Of a stretch of 38,050 nt of DNA, positions 9,290-15,474 are shown piece after piece. Location: positions 1 through 38,050 of the forward strand of contig DASQFM010000189.1 of assembly GCA_035633135.1 (NCBI GenBank). Reading direction: 5' to 3'. Below the pieces are notes generated by a model. The model did no database searches and was not told where the DNA came from. It worked only from the letters and a program-made list of their open reading frames with translations. Position 1 is the stretch's first letter. Every line of letters begins with the position of its first letter. The DNA is from Candidatus Eiseniibacteriota bacterium (lineage in GTDB: Bacteria; Chloroflexota; Limnocylindria; Limnocylindrales; CSP1-4). The position numbers and the translations under genes were made by a program.

Positions 9290-9592
9290 TCACGGCGCGA
9301 GCTCGTCGCGGGCGTCCGGCGAAAGGCCGCCGTAGCCGGGGTTCGATGAGATCGTCTGGCCGCTGTCGCGCAGGGCCTGACGGTCGTCCGGGGAGAGGCC
9401 CTGGCCGACACCGCGACCCGCCTGGGTCACGACCGCGCCCTGCCCGTCGACCGTCGTCGATCCGCCCAGGCTGCCGATCGAGATGAACTGCGCGAGCGCA
9501 AACCCGATCACGAGCCCGGCCGTGAGCAGGAGCATCGCGGCGAAGAGGATCGCCGCATTGAAACGCCGCTGGACAATTGCGATACCGGTCAT
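9290..9592 (-). CDS. Small single-pass membrane/exported protein with two 'GLSPDxRxxL' repeats
   Basis: The minus-strand ATG is at 9592. The N-terminal TM reads 'AAILFAAMLLLTAGLVIGFALAQFI', and the C-terminal part contains 'GLSPDDRQALRDSG' and 'GLSPDARDELAP'. Third positions are GC-rich. It is the C-terminal third of ORF 9290..10489, the rest of which is antisense to the sigma gene. Confidence 0.5.
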   Translation of the reverse strand: MTGIAIVQRRFNAAILFAAMLLLTAGLVIGFALAQFISIGSLGGSTTVDGQGAVVTQAGRGVGQGLSPDDRQALRDSGQTISSNPGYGGLSPDARDELAP

Positions 9593-9633
9593 GTCCTGAC
9601 CCCTTCCACTTCGTGTGCCTGTTTGGCAACTGG

Positions 9634-9663
9634 TATGAGGGGTCCATGGCCCGAAAACGTTCA
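9634..9663 (-). promoter_or_regulatory. ECF-type promoter candidate (TGAAC-N19-CTCATA) for the small membrane protein gene
   Basis: The minus strand reads TGAAC (9663-9659), a 19-nt spacer, then CTCATA (9639-9634). The -10-like element ends 42 nt before the ATG at 9592. It is the mirror image of the element at 9708-9736. Confidence 0.4.
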
Positions 9664-9707
9664 GCGAACGGTCACCGAACGTGCGATCGACGTTTTTCCG
9701 GGACGAC

Positions 9708-9736
9708 TGAACGTTTCGCTTGCGGCGCGGCTCATA
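9708..9736 (+). promoter_or_regulatory. ECF-type promoter candidate (TGAAC-N18-CTCATA) for the ECF sigma operon
   Basis: TGAAC is at 9708-9712 and CTCATA at 9731-9736. The element ends 43 nt before the GTG at 9779. The same architecture occurs at 11253 and at 15427 (minus strand). Confidence 0.4.
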
Positions 9737-9778
9737 GTCAATGCCCGCGCCAGCCAGGCGCAGCGCTACACAGGGGTC

Positions 9779-10330
9779 GTGGTGGATCGTGAGCTCGTCG
9801 AGCGGGCGCGCCGGGGCGACCGCGACGCGTTCACGACACTCGTGAGTCAGATCAGTGACCGGCTGTACTCCGTCGCCTACCGCATCCTGCGCGATGCCGA
9901 CCTGGCCCAAGACGCACTTCAGAACGCCCTGGTGACGAACTGGCAGCAGCTCCCGGACCTCCGCGATACGGATCGCTTCGAGGCCTGGAGCCAGCGCATC
10001 CTCGTCCATGCCTGCTACGCGGAGTCCCGGCGCCGTGGGCGCTGGACCGCGACCGTCCGCGTCATCCCGTTCACGCCATCCACGCCGGACGCGAGTGACG
10101 CTCTGGCCGACCGGGACGAGATGGAACGGGCGTTTCGCCGCATCTCGCCCGACCACCGGGCCGTGTTCGTCCTGCATCACTACCTCGGCCTGCCACTCGT
10201 CGAGGTCGCCGAGACGCTTGGCATCCCGGCCGGAACGGCCAGATCCCGCCTCCACAACGCGAGTCGGGTGTTGCGATCCGCGATCGAGGCGGATGCCGTG
10301 GCCACGATCGAGGAGGTCCGTCTGGCATGA
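9779..10330 (+). CDS. ECF-family RNA polymerase sigma factor (paralog of 14797..15354)
   Basis: Region 2 reads 'DAFTTLVSQISDRLYSVAYRILRDADLAQDALQNALV..W' and region 4 reads 'RAVFVLHHYLGLPLVEVAETLGIPAGTARSRLHNA'. The start is GTG 9779 or 9782, after 'AGGGG'. The 9623-9778 part of the ORF has AT-ending codons and holds the promoter elements. Confidence 0.85.
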   Translation: MVDRELVERARRGDRDAFTTLVSQISDRLYSVAYRILRDADLAQDALQNALVTNWQQLPDLRDTDRFEAWSQRILVHACYAESRRRGRWTATVRVIPFTPSTPDASDALADRDEMERAFRRISPDHRAVFVLHHYLGLPLVEVAETLGIPAGTARSRLHNASRVLRSAIEADAVATIEEVRLA

Positions 10331-11214
10331 ACGAAGACCGACGCTTCGAGCAGACGGCGCGGCAATTCCTGGAGCAGGGCCCGACCGAGGCTCCCGCCGC
10401 CCCGATCCGGGCAGCGTTGCTGACGATCCAGACCACGCCGCAGGCGCGAGACCTCGGGTTCCGGCTTCCCAGTCCGCGCTTCGTGGCACCGCTTCGCCTG
10501 GCCATGGCCGCCGCGATCGCCATCGTGGCCGTCGTTGGGATCGGCCTTCGTCTGCCGACGACCAACGTCGGGATGGGCCCGACCCCGTCGGTCATGGCGA
10601 CGCCGACACCGACACCGCTCGATACGACCGGCTGGGTGACCTTCACCTCCGAACGCTACGGCTACACGGTGCGCCACCCCGACGTCTGGGAGGCAGCCCA
10701 CGCAACAGGGTTCTGGACGCTCGACAACTGGAAGGACCAATACCTGACCGAGCTCAGCGCCGACGTGATGGCAGGCGACCTCAGCAATTCCAAGCCCTGC
10801 ACGTACGAGGAGAACACCTGCGGATACCCCTCGTTCTCGGGCTGGTCGCTGCGCCTGCCAGCCGGGATGTCGGAGATCGAGTTCCTGGCGATCTGGTCTG
10901 CCCCCGACGCTCCGAAGAATCCACAGTGCGTCCCGAGCCCGGATCAGATGGCGTCGGTCCTGATCGGAGGGCAAGCCGGCCGGGTCGCGGCCAGCGCCTG
11001 TGGCCTGACTGCCCTGGCGTTCCTCTTCGTTGGGACCCGCGCGTACGTCTTCGAGATGGAGGATCGCGTGAACTATCCGGACGGGCCGCTGTTCCGAACC
11101 ATGTTGTCGACCGTCGAGGTCCATCCCGAAGATGCACTCGATCCGCCGAGCCCGGAGCCGAGCGCGAGCCCTGCGCAGAGCGCGACCCCTGTCGAGAGCC
11201 CTGCCTCGACCTGA
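10327..11214 (+). CDS. Single-pass membrane protein translationally coupled to the ECF sigma (putative anti-sigma/sensor without a zinc-finger motif)
   Basis: It shares an ATGA overlap with the sigma stop. The N-terminal cytoplasmic segment is 'FEQTARQFLEQGPTEAP...LLTIQTTPQAR', followed by the TM 'LRLAMAAAIAIVAVVGIGL', a Pro/Thr linker and an extracytoplasmic domain of about 200 aa. It is homologous by eye to 13955..14800. Confidence 0.6.
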   Translation: MNEDRRFEQTARQFLEQGPTEAPAAPIRAALLTIQTTPQARDLGFRLPSPRFVAPLRLAMAAAIAIVAVVGIGLRLPTTNVGMGPTPSVMATPTPTPLDTTGWVTFTSERYGYTVRHPDVWEAAHATGFWTLDNWKDQYLTELSADVMAGDLSNSKPCTYEENTCGYPSFSGWSLRLPAGMSEIEFLAIWSAPDAPKNPQCVPSPDQMASVLIGGQAGRVAASACGLTALAFLFVGTRAYVFEMEDRVNYPDGPLFRTMLSTVEVHPEDALDPPSPEPSASPAQSATPVESPAST

Positions 11215-11252
11215 CCGCCGAGGAGGCGGCAATCCGTGGCTGCCGTGCTGAT

Positions 11253-11281
11253 TGAACGTTCGGGGCTGAGCCGGTTCCATA
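11253..11281 (+). promoter_or_regulatory. ECF-type promoter candidate (TGAACGTT-N15-TCCATA) upstream of the lipoprotein genes
   Basis: TGAAC is at 11253-11257, followed by an 18-nt spacer and TCCATA at 11276-11281. The element ends 46 nt before the ATG at 11327. Confidence 0.4.
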
Positions 11282-11326
11282 GTTGGTAACGCGGCCGAAA
11301 GCTGCCGCAGCCGAGGAGCCAGGCTC

Positions 11327-12007
11327 ATGAACACCAGGTCGAGTACCCCGGCCGTTCTCCTGGCCATCATCGGAGTGATCGCCCTCGTCGCGGCATGCGG
11401 CCCCGGCGGGGCGGCTGCCCCGACGCCCGGCTCGACTTCAACGCCGGCGCCCACGGCGAGTCCCGCAGCGTCTGGCCCTCACAAGCTCACCGCCGGGTCG
11501 CTGCCGCCGGGCGACTACACGACGACGGAGTTTCAGCCGACCCTGCACTTCACGCTGGGCGAGGGCTGGGGCAACAACTTTCCGGACGACTCCGACGAGA
11601 TCGCGCTGAACCGCGGGGCCGACATCAGCCTCGTCGCGTTCAGTCGGGTCTCCCGAGTCGTTGATCCGACAACGCATCAGGCACTCCCCGTGCCGGAAGA
11701 TCTCCTCGGCTGGCTCGCCGCGCACCCGAGTTTCGAATGGACCGGCGCCAGCGTCCCGGTCGAGATCGCCGGCCTGTCGGGCGGAACGCTGAAAGGCCAG
11801 CTAGAAAACGGGCTGAAGCAAACGGACATGTTTGCTTGGGACACGGGAAACATGAGGGTCGTGCCCGGGAATCAGGTCCAGTTCTACGTGCTGCCGCTCG
11901 ACGGCCCCGACCTCACGATCGTCGTGATGGCCGAAGACGCCGCGTTTGCTTCAGTGTCGGAGGCAACCCGGACGATGCTCGATTCGCTCGAGGTCGTCAC
12001 GCCCTGA
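11327..12007 (+). CDS. Lipoprotein, unknown function
   Basis: SD GAGGAG is present. The signal peptide has the lipobox 'LVAAC' and is followed by a Pro/Thr/Ser linker and a globular domain. Confidence 0.7.
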   Translation: MNTRSSTPAVLLAIIGVIALVAACGPGGAAAPTPGSTSTPAPTASPAASGPHKLTAGSLPPGDYTTTEFQPTLHFTLGEGWGNNFPDDSDEIALNRGADISLVAFSRVSRVVDPTTHQALPVPEDLLGWLAAHPSFEWTGASVPVEIAGLSGGTLKGQLENGLKQTDMFAWDTGNMRVVPGNQVQFYVLPLDGPDLTIVVMAEDAAFASVSEATRTMLDSLEVVTP

Positions 12008-12133
12008 CGGTGGCTCGCCCCGGCGAGACGTTCCTCAATGGGGTTTCAGCGATGGCTCCTCGACCCGGTCGTCCCGTAGACGCTACTCTCGGGCCAGAAA
12101 CACCGGCAGGTTTCAGCCAGGAGGTTCGAGCTC

Positions 12134-12649
12134 ATGACCAGCACTCGCACCCTGCCGCCAGCACGGGCGATCCTCGTGATCGGCGCTCTGATCGCATCGC
12201 TAGGGGCCTGCGGCCCGGCGGGGACGGGCGCGTCGACCCTGTCGCCGGCGCCGACCTCGTCGCCCGCGCCGAGCGCGGGCCCGATCGATGGCACCTATAC
12301 GGCGGTCTTCACCGGCAACGACCCGAAGGAGATCTCGGAGGGCACCGGTGGCCACCAGATCCCGGTTGGAACCTGGAAGATCGTCATCGAAGGGACGGCC
12401 TTCACATTCTTCAATCCGGACTCGCCGCAGGACGGCTTCCCTCTCGGGCCGGGCGTCTACCTGGCCGGCGACCAGGTGCAGCTGGCGCCCGACGCGGCGT
12501 GCCCCAATCAGGAAGGAACCCCATCGAGCGGGACCTATCACTACGTCGTCGACGGAACGAGCCTCACATTCACCCTCGTCGGGACCGACACGTGCGCCGA
12601 TCGGACTGCGGCGCTTATCGCCCATCCCTGGCAGAAGCAGAGCCCGTAG
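12134..12649 (+). CDS. Lipoprotein, unknown function
   Basis: SD AGGAGG is present. The signal peptide has the lipobox 'SLGAC' and is followed by a Pro/Ser/Thr linker and a globular domain of about 120 aa with two Cys pairs. Confidence 0.7.
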   Translation: MTSTRTLPPARAILVIGALIASLGACGPAGTGASTLSPAPTSSPAPSAGPIDGTYTAVFTGNDPKEISEGTGGHQIPVGTWKIVIEGTAFTFFNPDSPQDGFPLGPGVYLAGDQVQLAPDAACPNQEGTPSSGTYHYVVDGTSLTFTLVGTDTCADRTAALIAHPWQKQSP

Positions 12650-12687
12650 AAACGCGATGTGACTCCCTGACGTTGGCTCGCCGTAGA

Positions 12688-12714
12688 CTGGCCTCCGCAT
12701 CGAGCGGAGGCCAG
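12688..12714 (+). terminator. Perfect 11-bp stem / 5-nt loop hairpin (terminator of the lipoprotein gene and/or RBS-occluding structure for hmgA)
   Basis: The stem is CTGGCCTCCGC (12688-12698) / GCGGAGGCCAG (12704-12714), with loop ATCGA. There is no T-tract. The 3' arm contains the only GGAGG upstream of the ATG at 12722. Confidence 0.45.
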
Positions 12715-12721
12715 TCCATTC

Positions 12722-13945
12722 ATGTACTACGTCCGCCACGGCACCGTCCCACGTCAGCGCCATACCCAGCACCGGGCTGCCGACGGTGCGCTCTACGCCG
12801 AGGAGCTGTTCGGGGTCGAGGGCTTTACCGGCCGGAGCTCACTGCTCTACCACCTTGTCCCGCCGACCCGAACGCACAAGATCGAGCCGGTTCGCGAGGT
12901 GAAGCTCGAAGCGGCGACCGAGAAGGTCCACCGCCACCACCTGACCAAGACCGGCCCGGTCGAGCCGAAGGGCGACGCGATCACCGGGCGCGTGCCGCTG
13001 TACTTCAACAGTGACGTGGTCTTCGGGATTGTCCGGCCGGCCGAGGCCATGCCCGAGAACACGTTCTACCGAAACGGCGCGGCCGACGAGATGCTGTTCG
13101 TCCACGAGGGCAGCGGCGTCTGCGACACGGTCTTCGGGCCGCTGCGGTACGGGCCCGGCGACTACCTCGTGCTACCGATCGGTACGACCTGGCGGCTCGA
13201 CCCGGATCCCGGCTCAGCGCAGCGGATGCTGTACCTCGAGGCGCCCTCCGAGATCGAGCCGCCGAAGCGCTATCGCAACGACTACGGCCAGCTCCTGGAG
13301 CACTCGCCCTATTCGCAGCGCGACCTCCACGCTCCGGGTGACGTACTGCCGCGGAGCGATACCGGCGAGTTCGTCATCCACGTCCGCTCGGCGGACCGGA
13401 TCAGCGCCTACCACTATCGCCACCATCCGTTCGACGTCGTGGGGTGGGACGGCTACCTGTGGCCCTTCCGGTTCAACATCGGCGACTTCCAGCCGATCAC
13501 CGGGCGGGTCCACCAGCCACCGCCGGTCCACCAGACCTTCCAGGCCCGCAACTTCGTCGTCTGCTCGTTCGTGCCCCGCAAGTTCGACTACCACCCGCTG
13601 TCGATCCCGGCGCCGTACAACCATTCGAACATCAACAGCGACGAGGTCATCTACTACGTCGCCGGCAATTTCATGAGCCGCCGCGGGGTGGATATCGCGT
13701 CATTCACCCTCCATCCCGCCGGGATCCCGCACGGCCCGCACCCGGGCACGGTCGAGGCGTCGATCGGCAAGGAGGGAACCGAGGAGCTGGCGGTGATGGT
13801 CGACACGTTCCACCCGCTGCAGCTCACCAAGGCGGCCCTCGACCTCGACGATGACCGCTACCCGTACTCATGGCTGCCGTCGGAGGACCACGAAAAGGAA
13901 GCCTCCGAGCTCGCGGAGCGAGGCCCGGAGGCGTTTCCCGACTGA
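12722..13945 (+). CDS. hmgA: Homogentisate 1,2-dioxygenase (short bacterial type)
   Basis: The N-terminus 'MYYVRHGTVPRQRHTQHR..DG.LYAEELFGVEGFTGRSSLLYH' and the cupin-type core with conserved His/Glu-containing segments ('HPFDVVGWDGYLWP', 'NHSNINSDEV', 'HPAGIPHGPHPG') resemble HGD. The call is from memory of the family, not from a search. Confidence 0.8.
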   Translation: MYYVRHGTVPRQRHTQHRAADGALYAEELFGVEGFTGRSSLLYHLVPPTRTHKIEPVREVKLEAATEKVHRHHLTKTGPVEPKGDAITGRVPLYFNSDVVFGIVRPAEAMPENTFYRNGAADEMLFVHEGSGVCDTVFGPLRYGPGDYLVLPIGTTWRLDPDPGSAQRMLYLEAPSEIEPPKRYRNDYGQLLEHSPYSQRDLHAPGDVLPRSDTGEFVIHVRSADRISAYHYRHHPFDVVGWDGYLWPFRFNIGDFQPITGRVHQPPPVHQTFQARNFVVCSFVPRKFDYHPLSIPAPYNHSNINSDEVIYYVAGNFMSRRGVDIASFTLHPAGIPHGPHPGTVEASIGKEGTEELAVMVDTFHPLQLTKAALDLDDDRYPYSWLPSEDHEKEASELAERGPEAFPD

Positions 13946-13954
13946 CTCTGGCCG

Positions 13955-14800
13955 TCAGGACGGCGCGGGACTGGCCGTGGCGGCACTCGCCGCCGGCACC
14001 TCGCCGAACCGGAAGGTCGCGAGGATCTGCTCGAAGAAGACAACGTCCGCGCCTTCGGAGCCCTGGTAGTTGAGCCAGACGATGTGCCAGGCCCAGCCCC
14101 CGTGGAGGACCGTGGCCCACTGGTGGAACAAGTTGTGGCAGGTGGCAAAGGTGCTGACGATCGCGGGCTCGCCATCGAGCGTGATGTCGCGCTGCGCGGT
14201 CGGAGTGCTGCAGATCGCGATCGCGGTGCCGCTCGTCCATGACGCCAGGGTCGTGTCCGGCGGCAACCCACTCGCGCCGACCAGGACGGTGCCAAGCGGA
14301 ACGCCGGCAGTATCGAGGTCCCCAGGTGCGATGTTGTCGACCGCGTCGTTGTCGACCGCGTCGCTGTAGTCCCAGGGCGCCTCGGTGCCGTTGAGCGTTC
14401 GCGTCGCGGCTCGGACCCCCCAGCCGGCTGGGATGCTCATCGTGTAGCCGTACGCCTTCGAGGTGAACGGGACCAGCGCAGATGCGGGCAGCTGGGTCGG
14501 AGGCGCCGGCGGAGGCGAGGGCGACACGCTTGGCGGGGCCGTGGGCCCGCCAACGCTCGGGGTGCTCCGGCCGAGCAGATAGACCGCTCCGCCGAGTGCG
14601 AGGGCAGCCACGAGAACCGCGGCAGCCACTCGTGAGAAGGCGTTCATGGGGGGGTACCTCCAAGGCGCGAATCGGCCGCGCCGCTGATGGGTCAGATGGA
14701 CCTCGGCGAGGGCGTCGTCGAGCACCCGGTCCGCCAGCTCGCTCGGGCCTTCGGCCAGCCAGGCCGTGGCGATCCGATCGAAGTCGCGACTCGTGGTCAT
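13955..14800 (-). CDS. Single-pass membrane protein coupled to the ECF sigma (putative anti-sigma/sensor; paralog of 10327..11214)
   Basis: It overlaps the sigma gene by 4 nt. The N-terminus is 'FDRIATAWLAEGPSELADRVLDDALAEVHLTHQRR', followed by the TM 'AAAVLVAALALGGAVYLL', a Pro/Ser linker and the domain 'FTSKAYGYTMSIPAGW'. Confidence 0.6.
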   Translation of the reverse strand: MTTSRDFDRIATAWLAEGPSELADRVLDDALAEVHLTHQRRGRFAPWRYPPMNAFSRVAAAVLVAALALGGAVYLLGRSTPSVGGPTAPPSVSPSPPPAPPTQLPASALVPFTSKAYGYTMSIPAGWGVRAATRTLNGTEAPWDYSDAVDNDAVDNIAPGDLDTAGVPLGTVLVGASGLPPDTTLASWTSGTAIAICSTPTAQRDITLDGEPAIVSTFATCHNLFHQWATVLHGGWAWHIVWLNYQGSEGADVVFFEQILATFRFGEVPAASAATASPAPS

Positions 14801-15354
14801 GCAAGACGCTCCCGTGAGGTATCGGTCGGCAGCCGCAGGTCGGCCTCGAGGGCGGCCCGCAGCGTGTTGGTGGCGTAGTGAAGCCTCGACTTGACCGTGC
14901 CCAGCGGAATGCCGAGCTGCTCGGCGATCTCGCGGTGGGTCAGTCCGAGGTGGTGGTGGAGGACGAAGACCGCGCGTTGCTCCGGCGGCAGCCGGCGGAA
15001 GCCCCGCTCCAGCTGGTCACGCTCGACGACCGAGATGTAGTCGTTCGAGCCCGCGGGCTCTTCGATCGAAATGACTCGAACGTTGGCCGTCCATCGACGG
15101 CCTCGTCGAGCCTCCCGATAGCAGGCGTTGACCAGGAGCCGGTGCAGCCAGGCGTCGAAGCGATCGACGTCGCGCAGCGACGGCAGCTCTCGCCAGGCAA
15201 GGACCAACGTCTGCTGGACGGCATCTTCGGCGAGCCCGAGGTCGCGCAGGATCCGATACGCGATCGCGAGAAGACGATCCGCAGCCCCACGTGCCAGGCT
15301 GCCAAACGCCTCCTCATCCCCGGCTCTCGCTCGCTCGACGAGGGCAACCTGCAC
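14797..15354 (-). CDS. ECF-family RNA polymerase sigma factor
   Basis: The start is GTG at 15354. Matching segments include 'LVERARAGDEEAFGSL...AYRILRDLGLAEDAVQQTLV', 'RAVFVLHHHLGLTHREIAEQLGIPLGTVKSRLHYA'. By eye it is more than half identical to the sigma at 9779..10330. Confidence 0.85.
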   Translation of the reverse strand: MQVALVERARAGDEEAFGSLARGAADRLLAIAYRILRDLGLAEDAVQQTLVLAWRELPSLRDVDRFDAWLHRLLVNACYREARRGRRWTANVRVISIEEPAGSNDYISVVERDQLERGFRRLPPEQRAVFVLHHHLGLTHREIAEQLGIPLGTVKSRLHYATNTLRAALEADLRLPTDTSRERLA

Positions 15355-15399
15355 CCTCGACTCCCTTCGGCGATGCGTCCGACTTGGACGCCTACCCTA

Positions 15400-15427
15400 G
15401 ATGAGCCCCCGCGCGCCGGGTTGGTTC
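15400..15427 (-). promoter_or_regulatory. ECF-type promoter candidate (CGAAC-N18-CTCATC) for the second ECF sigma operon
   Basis: The minus strand reads GAAC (15427-15424), an 18-nt spacer, then CTCATC (15405-15400). The element ends 46 nt before the GTG at 15354. Confidence 0.4.
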
Positions 15428-15474
15428 GATCTTTGCTCTGCTCCACCCGAGGCAAGCGAGTCCACGCGAGGGAT

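Noticed and set aside
9623-9778. ATG at 9623 as the start of the ECF sigma (235-aa version).
   Set aside because: Codons here frequently end in A/T, unlike the rest of the gene. The stretch contains the promoter-like inverted repeat. Sigma region 2 homology begins only after the GTG at 9779.
12001-12020. Recurrence of the 8-mer CCCTGACG near gene ends and starts (about 5575, 12002, 12665, 18632).
   Set aside because: It is a GC-rich 8-mer and a few copies are expected by chance in 38 kb. The flanks are not conserved, except for the 12002/12665 pair, which is already covered by the GTTGGCTCG observation.
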